From Gemmatimonadota bacterium (GTDB lineage Bacteria > Gemmatimonadota > Gemmatimonadetes > Gemmatimonadales > Gemmatimonadaceae): 51,284 nt of DNA. The translations under genes were made by a program, and so were the position numbers. The notes beneath the pieces were generated by a model that was not told the origin of the DNA, searched no databases, and saw only the letters and a program-made list of their open reading frames with translations. The stretch lies in contig QHVA01000068.1 in NCBI GenBank assembly GCA_003223425.1, positions 1-51,284 of the forward strand, given 5' to 3'. This document shows positions 8,822 to 18,376 of the stretch, one piece after another; position 1 is the first letter of the stretch; every line of letters begins with the position of its first letter.

Positions 8822-9925
8822 ATGACTCGTCTGAACGGTTTGGAATCCCTTGTGGAGGGACGCGCAACGCCAGCAGGCACGCGGCGATTTCGAAAGCGCT
8901 TCGCCAAAACCCAGCCGGATCATTTCTATCGTTCCATTGCCGATGGGCCGCTCGTTTCATCTCTGGGGTTAGGAACCTACCTCGGCGAGTGCGAAGACTC
9001 CGAGGATGCGCGGTACACAACGACGGTCAGCGCGGCGTTGCAAAAGGGCGTGAATCTCCTCGACACCGCAATCAATTACCGGTGCCAGCGCTCAGAACGA
9101 GCGATTGGTGAAGCGCTTCGCAGCATCATCGTCGGCGGCAGCATCAAACGCGAAGAGGTTGTCGTGTGCACCAAAGGCGGATACATCCCACTCGACAGGA
9201 TGCCTCCCGAAACCAAAGAGGGATATCGAGGCTTCCTCGAAAACGAGTACTTCGGTCGCGGCGTGATGCAGCCCAGTGAGGTCGTCTCCGGTGGCCATTG
9301 CCTCACACCGCGCTACCTGGCTGATCAGATCGAGCGCAGCAGGAATAACCTCGGGCTCGCAGTCATCGACGTCTATTATCTCCACAATCCCGAGCAGCAG
9401 CTGGATGCGCTGGCCCGGCCGAATTTTCTGACGGTAGTCCGCGACGCATTTGCTGCACTCGAGGAACATGTTCATCGAGGTGTCATCGGAATTTACGGTT
9501 GCGCGACCTGGAATGGATTCAGAGTTCCACCAGACTCAAGAAATCACTTGAGCCTTGAGGAGCTCGTTTCGATCGCCCGCGAAATTGCTGGTACAGATCA
9601 TCACTTCCGCGTTATCCAACTTCCGATCAACCTCGCGATGACAGAATCAGTGCGGCTTCCCACTCAGCAAATCGGACACGAAAAAGTGCCGCTACTCCTG
9701 GCAGCCAGTCGGCTTGGCATCTCAGTGGTGGGAAGCGCGACGCTAATGCAATCCCAGCTGACGCGCGCACTCCCGAAACAGGTACACTCCGCCTTTCCAG
9801 GATTCAAAACCGACGCGAGACGTGCCATTGCTTTTTCGCAGTCGCTGCCTGTTGCAGCGGCCCTCGTGGGAATGAAATCAGTCTCGCACCTCGAGGAGAA
9901 CCTCGCGCCGCCAAGGGTCAGTTAA
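8822..9925 (+). CDS. Aldo/keto reductase
   Basis: SSLGLGTYLG, NLLDTAINY, SERAIG, VCTKGGY, IDVYYLHNP. Confidence 0.92.
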   Translation: MTRLNGLESLVEGRATPAGTRRFRKRFAKTQPDHFYRSIADGPLVSSLGLGTYLGECEDSEDARYTTTVSAALQKGVNLLDTAINYRCQRSERAIGEALRSIIVGGSIKREEVVVCTKGGYIPLDRMPPETKEGYRGFLENEYFGRGVMQPSEVVSGGHCLTPRYLADQIERSRNNLGLAVIDVYYLHNPEQQLDALARPNFLTVVRDAFAALEEHVHRGVIGIYGCATWNGFRVPPDSRNHLSLEELVSIAREIAGTDHHFRVIQLPINLAMTESVRLPTQQIGHEKVPLLLAASRLGISVVGSATLMQSQLTRALPKQVHSAFPGFKTDARRAIAFSQSLPVAAALVGMKSVSHLEENLAPPRVS

Positions 9926-9927
9926 CG

Positions 9928-10923
9928 ATGCAGCTCCCTTCTCATCATCGACCAGACGGCGGGTTCAGGAATCCCTGGCCATCGGCGCAATTACATGGAT
10001 TTCTCGATTTTCTCAAATGGACTTTGGTGGAGCGACGACGGAATCCTCGTCGCCCGGACCCTGACCCCGCCAAATTCGTACGGGTCGCTCCGGAGTTTGT
10101 AGTACCGAGGGCAGCGCCGGAACAGCTCACTTTGACGTGGGTCGGACATACGAGCTTTCTGATCCAAATGGCCGGCCTCAACATTCTGACCGACCCGGTT
10201 TGGAGTGAGCGGGCGTCACCAGTGCAGTTCGTGGGTCCTCGTCGCTGGGTCCCTCCAGCCGTGGAATTCGATCGCTTACCGCCGGTCGACGTGGTGGTCA
10301 TCTCCCACGATCATTATGATCACCTCGATTCCGGTACGATCTCACGAATCGCCAGACGCTATCCCGCCGCACTCTGGTACGCGCCGCTGGGGGTGGACAG
10401 GTTTCTCCGGCATCACGGTGCGCGGGAGGTGACGGTCAGAGATTGGTGGCAGGAAAGCGCGATCGGAGGATTGCATCTGATGTGTCTTCCCGCGCAGCAC
10501 TTTTCTGGCAGAAGACTCGGCACTCGTAACAGCACTCTCTGGTGCGGGTGGGCGTTCCGGTCTTCGCACCATACGCTGTTTTTCGCTGGCGACACTGGTC
10601 TGCATCCTGAATTCGAGACCATCGGTGTCCGCTGCGGTCCCTTCGATCTGGCGATCCTGCCGATCGGAGCTTACGAGCCGCGTTGGTTCATGGGCCCGGT
10701 ACATATGAATCCTGAGGACTGCATGAAAGCGGTCGCCCAGCTCGCGACAGCACAGAAAGGCAAGCGCCTGATAATGACCGCCGCTCATTGGGGAACGTTC
10801 AAGCTGACCGACGAGCCGATGGACGAGCCGCCGGCGCGCATGCGCGAACAATGGCGTGCAGCCGGTCGCGACGGTAGCGACCTCTGGATCTTGCGACATG
10901 GCGAGACGCGCGCTGTCGGATAG
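9928..10923 (+). CDS. MBL-fold metallohydrolase (NAPE-PLD/RomA-like)
   Basis: FRNPW, LTWVGHTS, ISHDHYDHLD, PAQHFSGR, FAGDTG, LPIGAYEPRWFM, HWGTF. Confidence 0.93.
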   Translation: MQLPSHHRPDGGFRNPWPSAQLHGFLDFLKWTLVERRRNPRRPDPDPAKFVRVAPEFVVPRAAPEQLTLTWVGHTSFLIQMAGLNILTDPVWSERASPVQFVGPRRWVPPAVEFDRLPPVDVVVISHDHYDHLDSGTISRIARRYPAALWYAPLGVDRFLRHHGAREVTVRDWWQESAIGGLHLMCLPAQHFSGRRLGTRNSTLWCGWAFRSSHHTLFFAGDTGLHPEFETIGVRCGPFDLAILPIGAYEPRWFMGPVHMNPEDCMKAVAQLATAQKGKRLIMTAAHWGTFKLTDEPMDEPPARMREQWRAAGRDGSDLWILRHGETRAVG

Positions 10924-11032
10924 CACCGTCGCGACGGCGCGACATACGTTGCAACCCCGATAGACTCTCGCAGCGTTATTGTGCGCGAATCTTGCTATCC
11001 GTTTTACGAACCTTCGTTCACGGAGCTTTCCC

Positions 11033-11389
11033 ATGGCTGCAGCCAAGAAGTCCAGTCGTTCAAGAGGCGGTAGAAAGCGGTCGCGGTCCGGATCCTCGGG
11101 ACGCAAACGCGGAGGCGCACGGAAGTCGTCGCGGCGTGGCGGGGGGGCGCGGAAATCTTCTGCCAGGCGCAAGAGCAGTGCACGCAAATCCTCTTCGCGG
11201 AGGTCGAGCAGGCGCACTTCCGGACGCAAGGGAGGCGGACGCAAGAGCAGCCGTAGCCGTCCTCGTCGTAGATCACAGTCTCCCGTGGCTCGCGTGAAAC
11301 GCGTTGCAACCGGGGTCGTTCACCAGGCTGCGGACTTGGGAGAGCGCGCGGTCGACACCGTAACGGAATTCGTCCAGGATCGCTTCTAA
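11033..11389 (+). CDS. Extremely basic Arg/Ser/Lys/Gly-rich (protamine/histone H1-like) protein, 118 aa
   Basis: ATG 11033 with GGAG upstream. About 90 low-complexity residues with repeated RKSS, then an amphipathic helical tail. Confidence 0.8.
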   Translation: MAAAKKSSRSRGGRKRSRSGSSGRKRGGARKSSRRGGGARKSSARRKSSARKSSSRRSSRRTSGRKGGGRKSSRSRPRRRSQSPVARVKRVATGVVHQAADLGERAVDTVTEFVQDRF

Positions 11390-11393
11390 GCAC

Positions 11394-12233
11394 TCAGGGT
11401 CGTTCGACAGCCGCTTTGCTTGTCAGCAGCGGCTGTCGGCCGCGATGGGCGTACAGCCGCAACCACCTCTCAACTTCGCTGAACACCCGCTCGCGGCCGT
11501 AGTCGACGGTGATGATGTGTCCCGCCCCTTCGGTCCATATGAGTTGTTTTTCTGTCGCGCCTATTTCGTGGAGAGCGAATTCCGCAACACGCGGAGAGAC
11601 ACGAGGATCTTCGCGCGACTGAATTATCACCGTTGGAGCAGTGACTCGACCAAGCGCTTTCCTCGCGCGACGCACCACCTTCGAGAGCTCGAATAGTGTA
11701 CGGCCCGTGACAGAGCCGTAAGCAAGATTCCGTTCGCGCTCAATCGCATCGCGAATTGATCGAGGATTTCTGGCGTTTATCTCTCCCACCAATCCGCCCC
11801 AGAGCCAGTGTGTTGCTGCGGCGAAACGCAGTCGACGCGGCATACCCAGATAGGGCGCGATCAGGACCAACGCCGACGTAGCGTGGTCCTCTGCGGCGAG
11901 AAGAACAGCCAACGCTCCGCCCATCGAAAGCCCGACGATACTAATGCCGTCGCTTCGCTCTCCCGTCGAGAGCATTGCTTGCTTCGCCGCATCGATCCAT
12001 TGATCGGCACCGGACCGATTGAAGGCTTCCATCGTACGTCCGTGCCCCGGGAGAAGCGGAGCATACACGCTATAACCCGCTTTGTGGAGTCTTCGTGCTA
12101 ATAACGAAAGCGTCTGAGGTGTATCTCCAAAACCGTGCAGGAGGAGGACTCCATGCGAGCCCTCCTCCTGCAAATCAATGGTCTCCGCCCCTTTCAGTAT
12201 GAGATTTGTATCAGCGTCTCGCCGATCGCCCAT
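11394..12233 (-). CDS. Alpha/beta-hydrolase carboxylesterase (Est30/YvaK-like)
   Basis: LLHGFG oxyanion motif, GLSMGG nucleophile elbow, EDPRV Asp, GAGHII His. Confidence 0.9.
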   Translation of the reverse strand: MGDRRDADTNLILKGAETIDLQEEGSHGVLLLHGFGDTPQTLSLLARRLHKAGYSVYAPLLPGHGRTMEAFNRSGADQWIDAAKQAMLSTGERSDGISIVGLSMGGALAVLLAAEDHATSALVLIAPYLGMPRRLRFAAATHWLWGGLVGEINARNPRSIRDAIERERNLAYGSVTGRTLFELSKVVRRARKALGRVTAPTVIIQSREDPRVSPRVAEFALHEIGATEKQLIWTEGAGHIITVDYGRERVFSEVERWLRLYAHRGRQPLLTSKAAVERP

Positions 12234-12245
12234 TCATCCTCGTTA

Positions 12246-12962
12246 CTAGGACAATTCTCTCGCCACGGAGATTGTCGAATCCCTGTCTCCATTCTCAGCG
12301 AAAGTAGGTGCAAGTGAGCTCGGCTCGATCAGAAACGTCATGCCCTTTCTTTCCGCGATGCCGGCTGACACTAGCCGGCTCAATGCCAGAGCGATCGACT
12401 CCCTCGTAGCACCCACCATCTCACACAACAACCGGTGATGATTGTTCTCGAGCTTGAGTCGACCGTCTGACGCCGTGAAACTCCGGTCGGTGCTGAGATG
12501 TGTCAACGTTGACATCAACCGCTGATCCACATTCAGCGCAGCGAGCTCGTGCAGCTTCTCGAGCAGATAAGCTCGCTCCGACATTATCTGCGACAGCAGC
12601 GGAATCGTCTGAGCGGGACGCTCGCGTACGAACGCGCGGAATTGCGCTCCACTCAGAGACATTGTCTTCGTTTCTTCTGTCGCGTTTGCGTCGGTCACGT
12701 AATGGCTGCCTGGCGACAGCCCTTCGCTGCCGAATGTCTGTCCCGCCGTCGCGATGACCGGAACGAATCCACGCCCCACTTTTATCTTGTTGCGCAAAAC
12801 GACGTGGCCTTCGAGAACAATGAAAACGCCGTCTGCCCGTGCACCACGCTGGTAAAGTTGAAACCCGGAAGGCCAGCTTGCCTTCGCACCGTATGAGGCG
12901 ATGGGTAGCATCTCTTCCAGAGTGAGACGCGAGCGCCGCACTCCACCTTGCCCGGTTCTCAT
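12246..12962 (-). CDS. Crp/Fnr-family transcriptional regulator
   Basis: cNMP-binding-like LYQRG..ADGVFIVLEGHV...GQTFGSEGL and HTH LCEMVGATRESIALALSRL. Confidence 0.88.
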   Translation of the reverse strand: MRTGQGGVRRSRLTLEEMLPIASYGAKASWPSGFQLYQRGARADGVFIVLEGHVVLRNKIKVGRGFVPVIATAGQTFGSEGLSPGSHYVTDANATEETKTMSLSGAQFRAFVRERPAQTIPLLSQIMSERAYLLEKLHELAALNVDQRLMSTLTHLSTDRSFTASDGRLKLENNHHRLLCEMVGATRESIALALSRLVSAGIAERKGMTFLIEPSSLAPTFAENGDRDSTISVARELS

Positions 12963-13041
12963 CTAGTTCTCTGCCATTGCGTCGTCGAGCCGTCAGCAAC
13001 GCAATGTCCGGGCCTGAAAAAATCGAGCCGCGACTTCGCGT

Positions 13042-15141
13042 TTACTTTCTTGATAGCAATTCTGTCGCCATCTTCAACGCGCGTGTCGCCGCATCAAAAC
13101 GCTGCACCAAATCGGTCAGCTCACGGTCAACAACGGTTTCGTTGCCGACACGGATCGCTTCATTCACCGACGGTAGCACCATCGTAGCATATCCGTTGTT
13201 CTCATCGGAGGCGTAAATCAGGTTTCTGAACCAGGGTCGACTGACGAGACCTTCCGGTCTTGTAAGCTGACGTTCAACTTCGAGCAGCTTCGCATTGACT
13301 TGCTGCGCAGTTGCGGGCGCAAGCTGAGCAGTGAGGGACTTATCTCGCGCGGCACTGAATGCGAGCGCCGCATCTTCCATTCTGCCGATTGCTGCAGCCA
13401 GTCCCGCTGCGGACACCTTCCAGTGCTTGTCGCTGATCGCCTGGCCAACTTGTGCGCCGAACCGCCGCATCGTCCGCACAAATTCCACATAATCGTACGG
13501 CAGGATGTCAGCGTTCGCGATTCGGAGCAACATCGCTGCTCCGATGCGAGCTGCAGTCGTATGCACCTCGAAATTTGGATCGCCGAATTTTGACATCCAG
13601 TGGTACGAATCGTAGGCAGAGTGGTAAACCCCCTGTGGTCCGCCGAATCCCCAATCGGCTATCGGAATGCCCAGATGATTGTAGAATCCGGCGAAATCAG
13701 ACCCTCCTCCGGGGTCACCCATTTGCGGTTCGAGAGTGTCCGAAGCAAGGTTGGCGCGTTTTCTCCAGACATCGTAAACACTGCCCTGATGACTTGGATC
13801 AGGAACCTGCTTCGCTACATCACGCAGCAATGCTCGAAGGGAGGGAGATCCTCCACCGCCGAAGTTGGGACCCTGCGCAATGTCGTCCTGGTTGAAATAT
13901 GCGACGGCATGTCTGCTCAGTCTGAGTGAATCCTCCTCCACATACTCCGTCGATCCAAGCAATCCCCATTCTTCCGCGTCCCACGTTGCGAACATGATCG
14001 TGCGCTTCGGACGTCTTCCGGCTTTGACCTGCTCAGCGATTGAGCGCGCCGCCTCCATCACGCTCACCGTGCCACTGACGTTGTCAGCTGCACCTGGTCC
14101 CCATGCATCACGGTGCCCGCCGATCATCACGATCTCATCGGGGAATTCACTTCCGCGTATAATCCCGAACGTGTCCCAGATTTCCTTGTAAGGGCGCGTC
14201 GCGGCATCCGTCACAACCTCCAGCCGTGCTTGCACCGGCCCAGGGCCGACGTGATATCGGAAAGGAAGCCCGCCCTGCCACGTTTGAGGAATTGATTTGC
14301 CCGTCAGTCCACGCAGCAACTCGGCGGCGTTGCCATACGAGATTGGAAGCACCGGAATGTGAGGCACGTCCATGGCCGACAATGCAATGCGCTTTGCGTT
14401 TGTCGTGCTTGGGTAGCCCGGCGTGCTCGGGTCACCATTCGGGTTCATGACACTGCCACGCTGAACCCCTTGCGACGGCCGCATTGGGCCGAGGGGATAC
14501 ACGTCCCCCCGCACGTAACCATCGTCAGCGGGATCACTGTAGATGATCAGACCCAACGCTCCGTGCTTTTCCGCCTCGCGCGCTTTGATGCCCCGGTACG
14601 AGCGACCATAACGCGCAATCGCTATCTTGCCCTTCACCGAGACACCCATCGAGTCGAGCTGCGCGTAGTCCTCGATCAGGCCGTAGTTCACGTACACGAC
14701 CTCGCCGCGCACATTGCCGGCCGCACCATAGCCGTTGAACGGCAATACCTGAGAAAACGCAACTGATGTAGTGTCTTCGGGAAGTGGACCTTCCTGAAGA
14801 TTCAATTCGATCGGATCCGGTGCGATTCGCCACACTCGGGTGGTGACGGGATGCGGCATCCACACGCTGTACGAGCGCACTTCGGTCTCGAGACCCCAGG
14901 ACTTCATCTGGCTCACGACATAGTCGCGCGTTCGCGCCTGAGCAGGAGTTCCGGCCATATGCGGCTGAAATGAAAGGAACCTCGAATGGGCAGAGGCGCT
15001 CGCCGGCGTTGGATGCGTGATGACATCGCTTTCCGTTGCACGCTCGATCGCAGCGGATTGTGGCGAATATCCGGGCATCACCTGCGCACCCAGCGGATTG
15101 ACCAGCACGATGGGAATCAACAGCGCAAGTTGTCTGCGCAT
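13042..15141 (-). CDS. M28 glutamate carboxypeptidase II / transferrin-receptor-like peptidase
   Basis: Signal peptide, PA domain VYVNYG...IARYG, GGHRDAW, GAADNVSG, WDAEEWGLLGSTE, YHSAYD, TFR-like dimerisation C-terminus. Confidence 0.93.
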   Translation of the reverse strand: MRRQLALLIPIVLVNPLGAQVMPGYSPQSAAIERATESDVITHPTPASASAHSRFLSFQPHMAGTPAQARTRDYVVSQMKSWGLETEVRSYSVWMPHPVTTRVWRIAPDPIELNLQEGPLPEDTTSVAFSQVLPFNGYGAAGNVRGEVVYVNYGLIEDYAQLDSMGVSVKGKIAIARYGRSYRGIKAREAEKHGALGLIIYSDPADDGYVRGDVYPLGPMRPSQGVQRGSVMNPNGDPSTPGYPSTTNAKRIALSAMDVPHIPVLPISYGNAAELLRGLTGKSIPQTWQGGLPFRYHVGPGPVQARLEVVTDAATRPYKEIWDTFGIIRGSEFPDEIVMIGGHRDAWGPGAADNVSGTVSVMEAARSIAEQVKAGRRPKRTIMFATWDAEEWGLLGSTEYVEEDSLRLSRHAVAYFNQDDIAQGPNFGGGGSPSLRALLRDVAKQVPDPSHQGSVYDVWRKRANLASDTLEPQMGDPGGGSDFAGFYNHLGIPIADWGFGGPQGVYHSAYDSYHWMSKFGDPNFEVHTTAARIGAAMLLRIANADILPYDYVEFVRTMRRFGAQVGQAISDKHWKVSAAGLAAAIGRMEDAALAFSAARDKSLTAQLAPATAQQVNAKLLEVERQLTRPEGLVSRPWFRNLIYASDENNGYATMVLPSVNEAIRVGNETVVDRELTDLVQRFDAATRALKMATELLSRK

Positions 15142-15187
15142 TTGCTTGTATTCCTGGTTTGGTGTCAGTGACAGTGGAGTGAAACCT

Positions 15188-15799
15188 TCATTCGTCCAAC
15201 TGCTCGAGCGCGGCGGAAATTACCTCCCGGAGTCTGCGTTCGCCTTCCACCCCGGGCGCGATCCCCGCCGCCAACGAATTGAACTTGGACAACATTTCTG
15301 AGTCCACGAATTTGTCGATGTCGCGCACGCCGAGTGACTCCAGAGAGCGAACTGCAAGGCGGCGAAGTAACGAAAGAGTTTTCGTGTCCAGTTGCGCCAG
15401 GGATTCCGGATCGGCGGGCGTTGCTACTGTCACCCGGTCACGCTTACGCCTCGGAGCATCGAGAAGCGATGAGATTGATCCAAGCTTTACGACGAAAGAC
15501 CCCGGCGAATGCTCCCGCCATTCGCTCACCACGCCACGTCTGCGCAAATTGGGCAAAAGAGCGACGATCGCCGCGCGCACGGCAGAGACTCCGCCCGGAC
15601 TCTGGTTGCCACGTCCGGTTATCAGCAGCACCTCACCTGCCCGGCCAATCTGTCGTTCGCGGAGCCACGCTTCGGCCCGATAACGCGCATCGGCTGCCGT
15701 CGGGAGCGACTCTCTGAGATTCAGAGTGTTCTTGGGACCGAACGCGGCCTCGTCGAAGGCCTTCCACACTGAGTGAAGAGAAACTTTACTGGATCGCAT
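15188..15799 (-). CDS. Stand-alone Smr-domain protein with C-terminal extension
   Basis: TLNLR...EVLLITGRGNQSPGGVSAVR...SPGSFVVKL matches the Smr fold. Confidence 0.8.
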   Translation of the reverse strand: MRSSKVSLHSVWKAFDEAAFGPKNTLNLRESLPTAADARYRAEAWLRERQIGRAGEVLLITGRGNQSPGGVSAVRAAIVALLPNLRRRGVVSEWREHSPGSFVVKLGSISSLLDAPRRKRDRVTVATPADPESLAQLDTKTLSLLRRLAVRSLESLGVRDIDKFVDSEMLSKFNSLAAGIAPGVEGERRLREVISAALEQLDE

Positions 15800-15840
15800 T
15801 CTGGAGTACGTGCCCGTCGCGTTTCAGGGAATCTCCGGTT

Positions 15841-16326
15841 TTATTTGCACTGCGCGGGTGCGCCAGCCGGCAGGCCAAATGCAGTCGTGACGGCAATCCT
15901 CCAGCCTTCCGGAGTCTTCACAAAAATGCGCTCTGAAACACCGCTCGAGGTCGTGTCTTTCTGCGTAACCGTATAGCAGTAGGTGCCGTACACGACGCCC
16001 GGTGCAATCGGCAGCACCTGCAGGTTCCTCGCTATCAGGGTGTCCGGCCAGGTCGAATCGCGACGCGCGCTCCAGCCTTCGTACCCAAGCTCAAGTCCCG
16101 CAGGTCCATTGCGCCCGAGCGAACTGGTGTGAAGATAAGTCGCGAGATATCGCGCGCGGTCACGCTTGTGTATCGCGTCGATGTTCTGTTCGAACAGGCG
16201 TCGCGCCTCGACAGTGTCCGGTACAGCCGACGACGATGACGGACCAGTATTGGCGGGTACAGATGCACAGCCGAGTGCCGTGAAAAGCGCGACGAGGCGG
16301 ACGGACGCGAGTCTCGTCGATGTCAT
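15841..16326 (-). CDS. NTF2/SnoaL-like (DUF4440-type) exported protein, possibly a lipoprotein
   Basis: Signal with LGC and a C-terminal SERIFVKTPEGWRIA strand typical of the NTF2-like fold. Confidence 0.7.
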   Translation of the reverse strand: MTSTRLASVRLVALFTALGCASVPANTGPSSSSAVPDTVEARRLFEQNIDAIHKRDRARYLATYLHTSSLGRNGPAGLELGYEGWSARRDSTWPDTLIARNLQVLPIAPGVVYGTYCYTVTQKDTTSSGVSERIFVKTPEGWRIAVTTAFGLPAGAPAQCK

Positions 16327-16360
16327 ACATCTCTGCGAGAAAAAGTCACCGCAATCTTAA

Positions 16361-16388
16361 CCAGAGTCGCCACGATTGGCGACTCTGG
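16361..16388 (-). terminator. Hairpin after argD, probable terminator of argCBD
   Basis: CCAGAGTCGCCA-cgat-TGGCGACTCTGG, a perfect 12-bp stem 6 bp past the argD stop. U-tract is weak. Confidence 0.6.
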
Positions 16389-16394
16389 CTCTGA

Positions 16395-17612
16395 TTACTG
16401 ACTGATAATCTTTTCTAGGATGTTGACGCCGCGCCGCAGATCGTCTTGCCCCATTATGAGAGGGGGAAGGATGCGGAGTGTGTGTTCGCCGGCCGTGAGC
16501 GCGAGCAAGCCTTCGTCCCACCCGCGCTTGACGATCTCATTGGCGGGCTCGACCACATCGAGCCCCCAGATGTAGCCGGTGCCGCGAATCGCCCGAACTT
16601 TTCCGGAGCGACGCGCGATTACATCGAGCTCTCCGCCAAGCCATGTCCCGTTTTCACGAACCGCTTTGAGCAAAGAGGGATCTGAGAGCCGATCGACCAC
16701 GTAGCCCGCGACGGCTGCCAGGAGGGGCCCGCCGCCGAATGTCGTGCCGTGATCACCCGCTTGGATCGTCGATGCGATTTCTTCCGACACCAGAACCGCG
16801 CCCATTGGCAGTCCACCCGCAAGCGGCTTGGCGAGCGTCAGCATGTCGGGAACGATGCCGACGTTTTCGTAGGCGAAAAAGTATCCGGTACGTCCGAGCC
16901 CGCATTGAATCTCGTCGAAGATGAGCGCTATCTCGCGCTTCTCGGTCAGAGCGCGGAGTCGGCCCAGAAAATCCGCATCGAGTACGCGGACGCCGCCTTC
17001 TCCCTGAATCGGCTCGACAATGACTGCGGCAACGGTCTCTTCATCGAGGGCGGTATCCAGGTCGCCGATGTCCCGCTCGCAGATCGAGACCGCACCCGCA
17101 AGCGGCCGGAATGGCGCGCGGTACGACGGACGGTCGGTCGCGGCGAGAGACGCGAAGAGTCTACCGTGAAAGCTTCCTCGCAGAGCGATGATCTCGACCT
17201 TTGCGTCTGTGCCGATCTTGCGGGCCCATCGCCTCGCAAACTTGAATGCACCTTCGTTCGCCTCCGCCCCTGAGTTGCAGAAAAACACTTTCGAGGCGAA
17301 CGAGCGCTCGACCAGTTTGCTAGCGAGCTGCTCACCGGGCGCGGTCCGATACAGGTTTGATGCGTGGATCAGGCCGGTGCCCAGCGATTCGCTGATTGCT
17401 CTCGCGATTCCGGGATCTCCGTAGCCAAGCGCATTCACCGCTATCCCACTTGCGAAATCGAGATATCGCTTGCCATCGGAGTCGATGAGCTCCACGCCTT
17501 CTCCCCCTACCAGCTCCATCGGCGCGCGCTTGTATGTCGAAAGAAGCGCGGACGTTTCCGAAAAAGCAGCAACCCCGACTTCATCATCGACAGGCAATGT
17601 GATCGCACTCAT
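16395..17612 (-). CDS. argD: Acetylornithine aminotransferase
   Basis: YLDFASGIAVNALG, FFCNSGAEANE, FHGR, EPIQGEGG, FDEIQCGLGRTG, LAKPLAGG. Start 17612 overlaps the argB stop (ATGA). Confidence 0.93.
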   Translation of the reverse strand: MSAITLPVDDEVGVAAFSETSALLSTYKRAPMELVGGEGVELIDSDGKRYLDFASGIAVNALGYGDPGIARAISESLGTGLIHASNLYRTAPGEQLASKLVERSFASKVFFCNSGAEANEGAFKFARRWARKIGTDAKVEIIALRGSFHGRLFASLAATDRPSYRAPFRPLAGAVSICERDIGDLDTALDEETVAAVIVEPIQGEGGVRVLDADFLGRLRALTEKREIALIFDEIQCGLGRTGYFFAYENVGIVPDMLTLAKPLAGGLPMGAVLVSEEIASTIQAGDHGTTFGGGPLLAAVAGYVVDRLSDPSLLKAVRENGTWLGGELDVIARRSGKVRAIRGTGYIWGLDVVEPANEIVKRGWDEGLLALTAGEHTLRILPPLIMGQDDLRRGVNILEKIISQ

Positions 17613-18376
17613 AAGGCAACGCCCTGGGATTGGGTAATGAATGTGCCGTGCTCCTCGTTGTCGAAACCGGCAAGGCTGCAAATTCTTACGCGAGTAACTC
17701 CCGAAATGAGCGCGCTTTCAGCCGCCTCGAGCTTCGCAGCCATTCCGTTGTTCGCGATACCGCTCGTAACCAGATCATGGGCTGCTTCGGTGCTCAGACG
17801 CGAAAGGACCTCTCCTTGACTGTCCCGCACTCCGTCGACGTCTGCGACGAGAAGTAGCTCGTCGGCTCCGAGTCCTGCGGCAATTGCCGCTGCAGCATCA
17901 TCGCCGTTGACGTTGAGGGCACCACCTTCGGCACTCGATGCGTTGTAACCTACCGGTGAAATCACGGGTAAGTACCTCGATCTCATTAGAGCGCGCAGCA
18001 GCTCCGCATTCACCCCGACAGGACGCCCCGCAAATCCGAGCAACGATTCATCTATGAGTTCGGCGCCAATTAGCGCAGCGTCTTCTCCCGATAAGCCCAC
18101 CGCTGGCAGGCCGGCAGCAACCAACGTGTTGACCAGTCGCTTGTTCACCACACCCGACAGCACCATTCGCAGAACGCCGAGATCTCCCTTCGACGTAACA
18201 CGACGTCCGCCAATGAACACGGCTTCCCTTCCCAGCGCGCGCTGCATCGCCGACATCTCGTCGCCGCCTCCGTGCACTATGCAGAGCTGACCCGGCATCG
18301 CACTCCAGGCGTAACGAATCACGGTCGCCAGGCGGGGATCAGATTGCGCCCGCCCGCCAATTTTCACGACCCGCAT
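17609..18376 (-). CDS. argB: Acetylglutamate kinase
   Basis: VVKIGG, IVHGGG, GRRVT, LNVNGDDAA, GMAAKL. Confidence 0.94.
   Translation of the reverse strand: MRVVKIGGRAQSDPRLATVIRYAWSAMPGQLCIVHGGGDEMSAMQRALGREAVFIGGRRVTSKGDLGVLRMVLSGVVNKRLVNTLVAAGLPAVGLSGEDAALIGAELIDESLLGFAGRPVGVNAELLRALMRSRYLPVISPVGYNASSAEGGALNVNGDDAAAAIAAGLGADELLLVADVDGVRDSQGEVLSRLSTEAAHDLVTSGIANNGMAAKLEAAESALISGVTRVRICSLAGFDNEEHGTFITQSQGVAL

Noticed and set aside
10342-11244. 300-aa minus-strand ORF with DFRAPP/LR repeats
   Set aside because: Antisense shadow of the MBL hydrolase and the basic low-complexity gene; its repeats mirror the RKSS codons.
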